64,000 nucleotides of DNA from the human T2T-CHM13v2.0 reference genome, Homo sapiens. Below are positions 14,005 through 28,659 of the stretch, piece after piece. Each line of letters opens with the position of its first letter. Position 1 is the stretch's first letter. Both the position numbers and the translations under genes were made by a program. The notes beneath the pieces are model-generated. The model did no database searches. It was not told where the DNA came from and saw nothing but the letters and a program-made list of their open reading frames with translations. The stretch lies in NCBI RefSeq assembly GCF_009914755.1, contig NC_060935.1, one strand, 5' to 3'.

Positions 14005-14104
14005 GTTTTTAACCCCGTAATTTTTCTTCTAGGATAAAGCGTTACATTTTTTCCATTAACTTAAATGTAAATTCTATAATCAGAGAGACAGATGAGATAG
14101 CTAT

Positions 14105-14510
14105 AGTTATGAATATATATATGAGTATATATAAGCACATATATGAGTGTATATACACTTACATAAGGAAGTATAAGTATATATGAATATATATATTAAG
14201 TATAAGTATATTTATAAATATGCTGAGTGTAAGTATATACACACTCAGTATATATATATAAATATATATACTTATACTTATGTAAGTACATATACATTCA
14301 TGTATATGCTGTTATAGTAATACAATTTATATGATTATGTTATAATATATAATACTGTATAACATATAGCATGTATAAGTATGTATATAGTATATATATA
14401 GTAACATATATATTATATATAGTTGCATATATACTATACATATATATACCTATATATAAATAAATATAGATATAGGTACAATATACATATAGGTATAGTA
14501 TGAGATATAT
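14105..14510. repeat. TA-rich low-complexity tract containing a quasi-palindrome
   Basis: ~400 bp of TATA/CATA; inverted arms at 14134-14310. Confidence 0.9.
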
Positions 14511-17143
14511 CAAACACAACAATCTGCAAGTAACTTTTCTGGGTGCCTAAGGGTCTTCATTTGTGCAAAATTGGTCTAAAATCCAAGGACACAATAAAAC
14601 TATAAAATATATCTAAACTGGTAAATATCATACCATGATGTATTATCCAAAATAAATAGCAAGATGAAAGAGAAGCAATTAGCATAGAAATAGAAGACAA
14701 TGAAGACAATCTTACCTTGGCGTTTACTTTTCTACTTGCAAGTAAATAAGCAACAGAGAATATAAAAGTTACTTACATAATTTTTTTAAAAAATATATTC
14801 TACTGAACTTTTCTTTTTCTTTTTTTGCATTGGAGGGCATACTTAATTCAGCCCAGAGATTTCCAAATAAATAAATGATTCTCAGTGACTAGGATACTCA
14901 CATCAAGTTACTTACATGAGGTTCTATAGCTAATAAATAGAAGAGCCAGACTTAGAATGTAAGTCTCCAGATTCTATACCTGGTGGAATTTTTTTTAAGT
15001 TTAAATATTTTTTCCTGGTAGGCATGTCTTTGCACATTTCTTTACATTTTGTACATTGTAAGTGAAATTCTATTTCCCGTTGTTTAACTATTGTGTTCAT
15101 TTTGGACATTTATATACAATTATTCAGTAATATAGCATTGTACTATAGATCATGTTATAGTTTTTATGTCTTTAACAACAGCCTTCAAGGCTAAAAATCT
15201 AATAATTTTGTATAATTACTTCACTCCAGGACATCTCCCCAAGAATTATCTTAGTGACTGATGAATCAGAGGGATACCTAAATACAAAAACTGAGTGAAA
15301 ACACCAAAGGATGAGCCAAGTTTGCCAATGGTAACATAAGCATTTAATGGATGGCCTAATAAGAATTTTGTCCAGGTACCTGTGGGGAAGATTTGATACC
15401 AGAGTTATAAACTGGTGATTGATGGCAGAAATGACAAGTGATTTCAAATGTCCTTTCTGTAACAGTAGAGTAACTTTTCTTTATGTAAGCAATATGTAGC
15501 TCCTCGGTAATGTCAAATACAAGAATAGTAATTATTGTAAATTTCACTAAATTTGTCAATGATATTCAAGGTTTAATTAGCAAATATTAATTGTATATGT
15601 AGAGGTTGATATTTTTAAATCCTTGACTTTAAATACTTAAACTCTCATATGGAAAAAAAATTTTACACACGGGAAAATGGAGAAAAATTAATAGCCTACT
15701 TTCAATTTCATGGGCATTTTTATTTCATGATGAAAATCTTATAAAGTATAGAATTTGAAGTGCAAACTATCTCAAAAATTTGAGATTATTGTGCTATGGT
15801 TTTGCCTTTGATGTGTTATCATAAAATGCAAATTATTTATCTTAGGTATATGATTCTAATATCTTTATTTCATTTTTTTTTTTTTTTTCACAAAATCAGC
15901 TCTGTTGATTCTACTTTTGGCTTTATATAAGCAATATCTACTGAGAACAATTGAATAGCACTTATAGGTAATAGTTTCATTGTGTATTATTTTAACACAT
16001 TTAAAAAATAATGTGACTTGAAAAATATACTGAGTATGCTGTATGCACTATATATAATTTACCATTAAAACATTACAATTACATAGGAAAATAGTCCCTC
16101 AAATATCTACATTGATGTTTTTATCGTGATCTAGTTAATTGTATCTGTTATCAATTGCATACTTCCAAATTGTGTGTGAGTTCAAAGCTCTTTACTATGT
16201 TATTTATTTCAATCCACTTATTTAAAAATAGATATTGACTCATGTCCACAGTATTTGCAATAGAACCATAAATAAAAACTTAAGATTATATTGTCTCCTA
16301 GTTTTATAAGTTTCACAAGCATACGACCTTAGGAAACAATAAGAAATCCACACTGTTTTTAGGAGAAAAAGAGGTAAAAATAGACCTTGTTTTATAAAAA
16401 ACAAAATGGGAGAAGACAGTCTAGAGGTCTTCTCAGATCAACAACCCTGATTTTTAGACTCTCAAAAGAGGCAAGATATCAGAGTTGTATTTAGATATTA
16501 TTTATAAGAAGAAAGATACAAGAATTGAAAATAGATCATCAAATCCAATACAAGATATTTTAAACAAACTATTAACAAAATTTTAGAAATGAAGGCTCTA
16601 GAGATATCTAAATTTTTATTATGTGTAGAAGAACAACCAAAGTCGCCCCAAAAGTTGCTTTTCTATTTCACTATAGAAATAGCCAGGTATATTAGAAATG
16701 GCTTAAGTTTGCTGTAAAAGAGGATTTGTAAAAGAAAATGTATCAGGAGTAAAATATGCAAATAAACTGGAAACATTATCATGCTAAGAAATAGATTCTT
16801 ATTTAGCCTTGCTGCCTCTGGAGGAGCTGTATGATTATATGTTACATGATAAGTTAGTTTAAAATAATAACAGGCAATTAAAAAAACTTTTAATATTTTT
16901 GGAGCTATTCAATCACCAATATTTATTTGTGGATTCTCCTGTGAAGACAGACTTGCCCTTTTTAGTGCTCTGTGGGAAGAAACCGAAAAGAAAAAAAAGA
17001 CAAAGTAGCTCTCAGTCTACAGGAACTGCAGTCTAACTGGATAACAAATCTATGCATTGAAATGCATTCAGTGCCCTTACAAATAAGGACAAAGGCTGAA
17101 GCAAATTAAGACAATGGGGATGGAATAAGAAAATGCTTATTAG

Positions 17144-17650
<507 letters not shown>

Positions 17651-17715
17651 TTACATTATTGAATATCAATTCTTATAAAAATGAATAGATGATGACAAGG
17701 TTTCTTTAAAGGGTG

Positions 17716-18090
17716 TTTATTTATTTATTCTGTTATAGATTCAGGGGGTACAAGTGTAGATTTGTTACATGGATATAATGCATAATGGTGAAGTTTGGGC
17801 TTCTGCTGTACTGATCACTCAAATAGCGAACATTGGACCAAATAGGTAATTTGTCATCCCTCACTCCCTTCCTTTCCTTTCACCTTTTAGATTCTCAAAT
17901 GTCTTTTATTCTACTCTGTATGTCCATATTTACCTATTATTTATCTCACACTTAGAAGTGAGAACATGCAGTGTTTGACTTTCTGTTTCTGAGTTATTTC
18001 ACTTAGTATAATGGAACTGAAGGCAGTTCCATCCATGTTGCTGCAAAAGACACATTTTATTCTTTTTTATGGCAGATTACTAGTCCATTT

Positions 18091-18130
<40 letters not shown>

Positions 18131-21100
18131 ACTTTTTTTCCTATTATCCTTTGATAAACATCTGAGTGCAGGTGTCTTTTATATAGTGATTTCTTTTCCT
18201 TTGGATATATGTAAGCAGTAGTGAGATTACTGGGTCAAATGACAGTTCCACTTTTAGCTCTTTGAGAAATTTCCATATTGTCTTTCCATAGAGGTTGTAC
18301 CAATTTAGATTCCCACCAAAAGTGTACAGGTGTTCTATAGCCTCCTCATCCTTGCCAATATCTGTTTTTGTTTTTTGGGGGGTTTTTTGTTTGTTTTTTA
18401 CTTTTTAATAGTAGCCATTCTAACTTGTATAAGGTGGTGTCTAATTGTGTTTTTAATTTGTATTATTCAGATGATTAGTGATGTTGAGCATTTTTTCATG
18501 TTTGTGGGCCACTTATTTGTCTTTTGAGAATTTCTGTTCATGTTCTTTTTCCACTTTTTAATGAGATTATTTATTTTTCTCATTGGGTTGTTTGAGTTTC
18601 TTGTACATTCTGGATGTTAGTCTTGTGTTAGATGTGTAGCTTGCAAATATTTTCTCCCATTATGTAGGCGTTTGGGTTTATTCTCTTGATTATTTCTTTT
18701 GCTGGGGAGAAACTTCTTTTTAATTAAGTCCCATTTGTCTACATTTCTTCTTGTTGCATTTGCTTTTGAGGTCTTAGTCATTAATTATTTACTTAGGCCG
18801 AGTTCCAGAAGAGTATTTCCTAGATTTTCTTCGAGAATTTTTATAGCTTGAGGTCTTATATTTAAGTGTTTAACACACATTGAGTAAACTTTTTACATGG
18901 TGAGAGATAGGAGTCCAGTTTCATTCTTTCACATATTGTAATTGAATTTTCCCAGCACCATTTATTAAATGGAATGTCTTTTCCCCCATTGTTTATTTTT
19001 GCCAACTTGGTTAAAGATCTGTTGCTTGTAAGTATGTGACTTTCTTTATGGGTTCTCTATTCCATTTCATTGGTCATTGTGTCTATTTTTATACCAGTCC
19101 CATGCTGTTTTGGTTATATAGAATTGTATTACAATTTGAAGTCAGGTAATAAGATGCCTCCAGTTTTGTTCTCTTTGCTTAGGATTGTTTTGGCTGTTTG
19201 GGCTTCTTTTCGAGTGCACACAAATTTTAGAACTGATTTTTTTTTCATTCCAAGAAAATTGCATTGGCAATTTGATAGGAATTATGTTGAATATAAATTG
19301 CTTCAGGCTATATGGTCATTTTAATGATATTGTTTCTTTCAATCTCTAAGCATTGAATGTTTTCCATTTGTTTGTGTCATTTATGAATCCTTTCATCAAT
19401 GTTTTGTAGCTCTCCTTGTAGAGATCTTTTACCTCCTTGTTTAAATGTATTCCTGAGTATTTTATTATCTGGGGGGCTATTGTAAATGGGATTGAGCTCT
19501 TGATTTGGTTCTTAGCTTGAATGTTATTCGTGTATAGAAATGCTATTGATTTTTTACATCAATTTTGTGTTCTGAATATTTACTGAAGTAATTATCAAGT
19601 CTAAGAGTCTTTGGAAGGGATCTTCAGGGTTTTCTGGGCAAAAGAACATGTCATCTGTGAACAGAGATAATTTAACTTTGTCTTCACAATTTGGATGCTT
19701 TTTATTTCTTTCTCTTGCTTGATTGCCCTGGCTACAGCATCCAATACTGTGGTGAATAGAAATCATGAGAGTGACCATACTTGTCTTGTTCCAATACTTA
19801 ACAGAAATGCTTTCAACTTTCTCTATTCAGTAGGATTTTTTACTGTGAGTTTGTCATAGACAGCTTTTATTATTTTGACATATGTTTCTCTGATGCTTAG
19901 TTTGTAGAGAGTTTTTATCTTAAAGAAATACTGAATTTCTTGAATGATTTTTTAATCTATTGAGATGATCATATAGTTTTCATGTTTAGTATTTTTAGGT
20001 GATGAATCATATTTATTCATTTGCATATGTTGAACCATCCTTGCATCCCTTGAATAAAACCCACTTGATTATAATGTATTAGCTCATTGATGTGCTATTG
20101 AATTTAATTGGCTATTACTTTGTTGAAGAATTTTATATCTATGTTCGTCAGGGATATTACCCTGAAGTTTTTTATCTTCTTATTTTGTCTTTACCATTAT
20201 CAGGGTGATACTGGTTTCATAGAATAAGTTAGAGAGGAATCCCACTTCCTCAATTTTTTAGAATAGTCAGTAAGATTGGTAACCCTTCTTTATATGTCTG
20301 GTAAAACTGAGCTGTGAATTTGTCCGGTCCTTGTTTTTTTTTTTTTTCCTTAGGGGATTTTTAATTACTGATTAAATTTTATTACTTGTTATTGGTTTGT
20401 TCAAGATTTCCACTTCTTCCTCGCTCAATTTTGGGAAGTTGTGTTTCCAGCACTTTATCCATTCCTCACAGTTTTCTAGGTTGTGCACATAGAGATGTTC
20501 ATGGTAGTTTCTGAGGGTCTATTTTTGTTTATATGGTACCAATTGCAATGTAACCTTTATTGTTTCTGATTATGCTTATTTGAAGCTTCTATTTTTTTGC
20601 TTGTTTAAACTTCCTAGTGACTATCAACTTTGTTTATCCTTTCAAACAACCAACTTTTCTTTTCATTGATCCTTTTTATCACTTTTTGCCCCAATCTTAT
20701 TGAGCTTTGCTCTGACCTTTGTTATTTCTTTTCTTCTGTTAGCTTTCGGTTCAGTTTAGTCTTATGTTTTTAGTTCCTTGAGTTGTGATGTTAGGTTGTT
20801 AATTTAATACATTTCTATCTTTCTGATATAGACATTTAAGGCTATAAACTTTTCTCTTGGCACTGTTTTTTCTGTATCCCAGGAGTTTTGGTATGTTGTG
20901 TCTCTGTTTTCATTTATTTAAAATAAATTAAATTTCTACCTTAATTTCATTGTTTACCCAAAGATCATTCAGGAGCTAGTTGTTTAGTTTCCATGTACTT
21001 CTGTCATTCTGAGAGTTCTTCTTAGTAGTAACTTCTAATTTTATTCCAGTGTGGAACAAGAAGATACTTGATATGATTCTGATTTTTTACATTTATTGAG

Positions 21101-24100
21101 ACATGCTGTATGACCAACCATATGGTCAATTTTGGAGAATGTTCCATGTGCGGATTAAAAAAACAACAACAACACTTATATTCTGCAGTTGTTGGGTTAA
21201 ATGTTCTGTAAATATCTATTAAGTCCATTTAGCTAGAGTCTACTTTAAGTCCAAATTTTCTTTGTTGATTTTCTGCCTCAATGATCTATCCAGTGTTGTC
21301 AATGAGGTGATGACCTCCCTCAACATTATTGCATTGCTGTCTCTCTGGTTTCTTAGGTCTAATAGTATTTGTTTTATGTCTTGGTGTTTTGGTGTTAGGT
21401 GCATATATACTTAGGATAGTTAAAAGTTTTTGTTGAAGTGAACTCTTTATAATTGTATAATGTAGTTGTCTTTTTTTATAACTGCTGTTGATTTAAATTC
21501 TGTTTTATATGATATAACGATGGCTACTCCTGCTTATTTTTATTTTCCTTTTGAGTCATAAAGCTTTTTCTACCCCTTTACTGTGAGTCTATAGTTGTTG
21601 TTACCCATTAGATGAGTAGCTTGTAGGTAGCAGGTGGTTGTGTTTTATTTATTTTTTTAACCTAATTTGTCAGTCTATTTTGTACATGAAGCATTTAGGC
21701 CATTTGCATTTAAGGTTAATATTGATACATCAACTTCCGTTCCTGTCATAGTGTTCTTAGCTAGTTTCCTTACAGTCTCAATTGTTTAATTGCTTCATAG
21801 AATCATATATATTTACATATGCTTTCATGATGATGAATATCATTTTTTCATTTCTATGTTTAAAAGTCCTTTGAGCATTTCTTGTAGGACCAGTCTAGTG
21901 GTAATAAATTCTCTTAGAATTTGCTTGTCTGGGAAATAATTTGTTTTCCTTTATTTATAAAGCTTAGTTTTGCAGGTTACAAAACTCTTAGCTGGCAATT
22001 ATTTTCTTAAGAATACTAAAAGTAGGATCCTAGTAACTTTGACCTTTAAGGTTTCTTCTGAGAGGTCCACCGTCTGATGATATTTTCTTCATGGGTGATT
22101 TGATGCTTCCCTCTAGCTGCTTTTAGGTTTTGTTTTTTTTATTTTCTTTTCTTACACTTTGACCTTGAATAGTTTGATGGCTATATTCTCTGGTGATATT
22201 CATCTAGTATAGCACCTTCAAGGTGTTCTTCAAATTTCTTGTATCCAGATGTTTATATCTCCAGTAAAATCAGGGACATTTCCTGAATTATTATTTCAAA
22301 TATGTTTTTCAAGCTTTTAAAATTTTTTCCTCCTTCAGGAATGCTGATAAGTCATAAATTTGATTGCTTTACATAATCTCATGTTCCTCAAAATCTTTGT
22401 CCATTTTAAAATTTCTTTTTTCTTTTTTTTGTCTGACTGGGTTAATTCAAAAGACCATTCTTCAAGCTCTGAAATGCTCTCTTTTGTTTCATCTAGGCTA
22501 TTTTTAAAGCTTTCAACTGTATTTTGAAATTCCTTCAGTAAATTTTTCATTTCCAGAAGTTCTGTTTTTTATTTTAAGATCTCTGTCTTTTCTTAATTTT
22601 CTCAGTTACTTTTCTGATTTCCTTATGTTGGTTTTGAACCTTCTCTTGGATCTCATTAAGTTTCCTTACAATATATACTTTGAATTCTTTATCATTTAAG
22701 AATCTTCATTTTGGTTAAAGTCTATTGCTAGACGGCTACTGTAATCTTTCAGTAATACCTCACTACATTCAGTGTTCTTATCCTGGTTTCTTCTCATCTG
22801 GAGGAACGGCCACTTCTTGTTTTTGAATTCACTGTCATTTGGATAGAAATTCCCCCCACGCCCCCGGAGGGTGTGACTGTGGAGCACATTGGGTAGGGTC
22901 TTTCAGCTTTGCTTCTATAGCCCTGTGAACATTATGTTGGCAGATTATATATATTGGGTTGTGCAGTTCAACATTCAGGCCAGTAGGTGGTGCTTATGGG
23001 TAAAAGCCAGCTCTGGCAAAGGCAGATAAGTATGTACTTTTGTTTACTGTGAAGTGTTCTCTGTTGTTTCAAGTGATGGGCTAGATAACAAAATGCCTGG
23101 CACTCTGAGTTTTCTGTTCAGCTAGGAAAGGTGGGAGACCGGGGCAGAGGTGGACCACCTGGCTCACCCATGAATACACCAGTGATGAGCACAGTAACCA
23201 TCTCTGATAGGGATGGCTGGGGGAGCTCCTGGTAAAATATACCAAAGTCTTTGTGGGAGGTAAGAGAGGCAGCTGCATCAGCTCCACATCCCAGAAAGGC
23301 AGGAATGCACTCTGTTTTCCTATCACATCTGTGTCCCATGGCTTGTGACTCTCAGTTCAGACATACAATGTTGTCTGTCACCAGGTCACAGTGTAGTTGA
23401 GAGACATGGAAACCATCTGTTCTGTGGTTCTCCATGGGAATGGCTTCAGTGTGGAACCTCTTTACCAAGCCCAATATGGACAGCTTTATAACTTGCCTGT
23501 TCTGATGCTGCTGCTTCATGTACAGAGGGGCAGGGGCTCCATCCTTCAGTATATGTGTGGGTGTCAGATGTGGTGTTGGCTGATTGTGTTGGCTTGACCT
23601 CAGATCCCAGGGGAGGAGACAAGGTGCCAGTTGTGGTGGACTGGGCTAGGCAATCCCCTACTCCACAGGCCCCTAGGTAGCCCACTGGTTGTTGTGTACA
23701 AGTCTTGTTGAAACTGGACTGAGACCAGGACAGCAGACTTATTCTCAGGTCCCTCAAATTCAGGTGCTAACTGCAATAGGGAGGGGTGGGCTAGTCCCCT
23801 GGTCACCAGCAGAACTCCAAGGTAAGGGCAGGTAGAATGCTCTTGTAGTGTCAGGATGCTCAAGATGTGGGAGCCCCAGGGTACATTGCAGGCCTGTAGG
23901 GGCTGGGTTGTCAGGAAGGCTCTGAGTCGCAACCAAAATGATCAGGTAGGAACCTTTCACTGGGGAAGTCAGGGCCTACTTGGTGGGAGCAGTGGCAGTG
24001 GAGGCAGACACCTATGGGGCTCATGGCCCACTAGTGCTTTTCTCCCACAGGAGCAGTGGCAGTATCCTTTATCTGGGGACACAGAGGTGCCCAATCTTTC

Positions 24101-25150
24101 ACTCCCTTCCTGTTCTGGAAGTGACTATGGCAGCATTGATGTGGCTGGATCCCAGCATAGAATGCAGGCCTCCAGAGGCTAGGCTTTCAACACGGGGCCA
24201 GGCCTTTACCACAGTGATCAGGCAAGGGCAGAGAAGCTACTCTGCAGGTATGTTACTGGGGAGAGTAGGCCCTCTTCAGCAGGAGCAATGGAAGCTAGCA
24301 GCTATGGGGCATGCAGCTCACTTGCACTTTTGTGCCACAGAAGTGATGGTGGATTTTGCTGTTGGGGTGTGTCAAGGTGCCCAGTTTCTCTACTCCATCC
24401 CTGGCCTGGCAGTGGCAAGGGTGACAGTAATGGTGGAAGCAATAAATGCTGTGGTACCTGAAGGGTAGATCATGATCCTCTAGGGGCTGGGCTCTCAGAA
24501 GAATGCTGAGCCACAGCCACAATGCTCAGATGGTAGCACAGCAGCTGCGCTGAGGATTTGATAACAGGGAAGGCAGCCCCCACTTAGCAGGGAGCAGCAG
24601 AAGCAGGCAGTCATGGGGTGCACAGTCTTCACACTCTTTCGTCCCACAGCAGTGACAGAAGTGACTGGCTTTGGGGTGTGCAAAAATGCCTGACCTCTCT
24701 GCTCCCTCCCTGGCACAACAGTGGCAGCTGGCACCTACTTGCAGCTGCTTAGGGATCAAAAGCCTGCGTGACTCCATGTGGGTTTGAGTAGTTCCTTTGC
24801 AAAGTCTCCAAGCAGCTCTCTGTGTTATTCTGAATGGTGAAGGTAAGGGTCGAGACGGCTCCCCTATGGCTAAGATTGTAAAAGTCCATGATGGAAGGGT
24901 GAGACCCTGTGGGTCTCTCACTCACTCATTCCTTCACTGTGACAGGGAGGCTCTCCTGGCTCCACGCTAGACCCAGCTCAGCAGGCTGCCTTACTTCACT
25001 CTTCTCTGCTTTCCCTGATTCCTGTCACTTCTCTGATGAATTCCAAAGTGCTCTTTTCAATGGTCTACTCAAATGTTAATATTTACTTGCTATTTTGATT
25101 GTTCTTCATGAGAGAAGTGCCCACTAACTGCTTCTAGTCAGCCGTTTGAA
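17716..25150 (-). mobile_element. Near full-length old LINE-1 (L1PA16/17 or L1PB4-like), decayed
   Basis: 3' UTR at 17716 ('tagattcagggggtacaagtgtag...'); ORF2 remnants including endonuclease MDLIDIYRTFNPTTAEY (21022-21228) and RT-region VKLSLFTDDM; ORF1 remnants MRRNQ.. and KEFQNTVESF..ISELE; long GC-richer 5' UTR ~22800-25150 ending in the typical 5' terminus 'ctgcttctagtcagccg'. Confidence 0.88.
18096..18129 (+). repeat. (CA)n microsatellite in L1
   Basis: About 17 CA units. Confidence 0.95.
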
Positions 25151-25222
25151 CCACACCTCATGAATTGCGTAATACCTTTAGAGTATACATAATCTAGTCC
25201 AAACTTAGAAGTGTAAGTACAC

Positions 25223-25544
<322 letters not shown>

Positions 25545-25758
25545 TAAGTACTTATACCAAGTCATTGCACACCTTAACTGCTCTCTTGAGTCCTGGTGAC
25601 AGCCAACATTTGCAATTTCCTGAGAATAAGTCAATTCTTATAATTATATGACTTCAGTCATGCCATTGCTGTTCTATGAAATGTTCTCCAGAATTTGAAG
25701 CAAGAAAAAATTGAGCAGACTCTAGTACTGATTCTGGTTAAAGAGAATCAGAGGCCTC

Positions 25759-25818
25759 AACTACATAAGAAATGACAGGAATAGACAGAACTACATAAGA
25801 AATAACAGGAATGGACAG
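25759..25818 (+). repeat. 30-bp tandem duplication
   Basis: aactacataagaaatgacaggaatagacag / aactacataagaaataacaggaatggacag (2 mismatches). Confidence 0.9.
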
Positions 25819-26970
25819 CAGATATAAGGAAGGAAACAAAGGGAAAATAAAGAGTCTTGGAAATTAATTGTGTAAGAGCAATAAAAATGACTTGAATGAC
25901 TAGGTTAGTGATTTTACCATTAAAAGAGATTAGAAGCATAAGAAATATGATACATTTCAGAAATAATAATGAGATAAGTTCTGCCCATCTTTCTTGAAAT
26001 GTGTATGGTAAACTCATATGGAGGCATGCAGTGGGTAGCAGAATATACAAATATGACACAAAGCAAATAAAGTCAAATTTAAAATCTAGACTTGTGAGAC
26101 ATTTTTATAACGATACTAACCAAGACTTTTTAAGTGAATCAAGTCACTTTTCACACTTTATATTTGTACATGTTCATATTTATGCCTACCTCATTAGTTT
26201 ATGAGCTACCTAAGGATGAGAATAACTCACGTTAATATTTGATTTTTTTCATATTTGCATGATGCCTGGCTCATGGCAGACTTTTAAATTATATGGCCTG
26301 AAAGTTACCTTTCTAGAATTTATTTAAGATAATATCAGGTTAGATTCAATGATAAGCATGGGCCATATAGAATGTGTCAGGTGCCTTATCAAAAGATAAA
26401 AGTACATTTCTCTCATATATTATCAGAATTTCTATAAAAATGAATAATGTGGGCATCTTTGTGTAATACACTCACTCATTCTTTCTTTATCAGTTTAACC
26501 ACTTTGAATAAATACTTGCAAGGCACTGTGTCAGGAAAAAAACTTTAAATTAAACAATTTAAAACTACCCAAGTGTATGGGAGGTCCCAGTATTTATAAA
26601 ATTTCAGATGATGGCCAAAAGTACCTAAATAATCTATTTTCCAGTAATCTTTTTGCTACTTATAAGATAGAAACAATATTTTAATCATTTCACATTATAC
26701 CTTCCATTCTTCATCTCCCCTACATAGCTTTTATAAGTGTTCAAAATTTGAAAAAATGGACGAATACACTCATTTAAAGAATGGTGGCCTGAAAATTAGA
26801 AAATCTTCCCTAACAAGCAAAGAAATATTACATGGCTCTTTTAGCCTATGGGTCCCTGAATTTCTTCTCTGTGAAATGAATGTGGATTAGCAAATCCCAA
26901 TTACTTTCAGATCTAAAATACCTAGATTTTGCTTTTTGTATGAAAGTTGAATTTCACTACTTAAAAACTA

Positions 26971-27308
<338 letters not shown>

Positions 27309-27892
27309 AAATGAAATATTTGCTCTAATGTTTGGTTTTCTTCTTTTCTTTTCCACCTAGATAGAGATGATATCCTACTCATATTTGCTCTGAAGCAACT
27401 AATACAATGCTTCATACATGGTAGGTACAGAATGTATATTTGATAAATAAATAATTTTTGCAAATAAAAAGTAAATTAATTCAGAACACAAAATGTATAC
27501 TGTGAGTTCAACTTTATAGGTACATTGCATGGCATTTCTTGAACATTTATTTACTGAGGACATATTTTATTGTGGGCAGTGTTTTCTACACTGAGGATGT
27601 AATACAGAAATGATCAACACAAAATTCTTGCTTACATAAATTTATACTGTATTGGAAGGGAGAGAAAAACATCAAAGAGGCAAAAAAAATAAATGAAAAG
27701 AAAATTTGAGACAATGACAAATAATGAGAGAAATTCAACAAAGTATTTAAAGAGTGCCCTTAAACTCACTTCTTGTCTATTACATCCAATTACACCCATC
27801 GTTTCCATGCCTTGGCTCATTTGATATTTAGAAAAATTGGTTGATGACCTTTTTTTTACCTTCTTAGTAGTAAAAAAATTACAAATAGTAAA

Positions 27893-28254
27893 TGATAAAG
27901 TTTGGCTCTGTGTCCCAACCCAAATCTCACTTTGAATTTTAATAACCCCTGTGTGTTATGGGGGCGACCCTGTGGGAGGTAATTGAATCATGGGGGGGCA
28001 GGTTTTTCTCATGCTGTTCTCATGATAGTGAATGAGTCTCACAAGATCTAATAGTTTTATAAAGGGCAGTTCCCCTACACATGCTGTCTTGCCTGCTGCC
28101 ATGTAAGACGTCCCTTTGCTCTTCCTTAGTCTCTGCCATGATTGTGAAGCTTCTCCAGCCATGTGAAACTATGAGTCCATTAAACCTCTTTTGCTTTATA
28201 AATTACCCAATCTCAAGTATGTCTTTATTAGCAGCATGAGAACAGACTAATACA
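27893..28254 (+). mobile_element. THE1B-like solo LTR (MaLR)
   Basis: tgataaagtttggctctgtgtccc...gaacagactaataca; 362 bp; near-TSD gtaaa/gtaag; DUX4-type motif TAATTGAATCA at 27980-27990. Confidence 0.92.
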
Positions 28255-28659
28255 GTAAGTAACTTTGTAATCCTGTATAAAGAATATACTAAATTCTAAA
28301 TTACAAGAGCAAAACTTGAGTTTTAGTATTGCAAAGTCATGCAGTCTACCCACCAAAATATTATCCAAAGGTTAATAAAGAAAACTAGATACAATAATCA
28401 AGTAGGTAATGGAATGTCATTAGCCAAGTGGAAACCCCTGGGGGAAATGAACATTGTCCTTATTGTGTTATCATTATTGATATAGGGATCTTTTCCCCTG
28501 ATATATAAATTTTCTGGAAGATACTTCTGCCCATGGTCCTTGGGAATATTTCCATTTTCCCATATTTATAAGGTTGCGTCAACATTCTTCATGTTTCTCC
28601 TCTACTTGTAAATCTATCATTATACCCCTCACCCTGCAAAAGCCTATTTCACTTGATTT

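Larger units (their letters stand above)
12740..14040 (+). mobile_element. L1ME-type fragment split by the L1PA insertion(s) at 12931-14004
   Basis: 'ttgttggtgaggatgcagtgaaatgggcactcat...ttttaaatagagc' on the left resumes as 'tttaaccccgtaatttttcttctagga' on the right, colinear with the recalled L1M ORF2-end/3' sequence. Confidence 0.55.

Noticed and set aside
23081-24921. GC-richer block with many overlapping ORFs (up to 162 aa) as a gene or CpG-island promoter
   Set aside because: It lies within the 5' UTR of the old L1 and is CpG-depleted; ORF length reflects GC content
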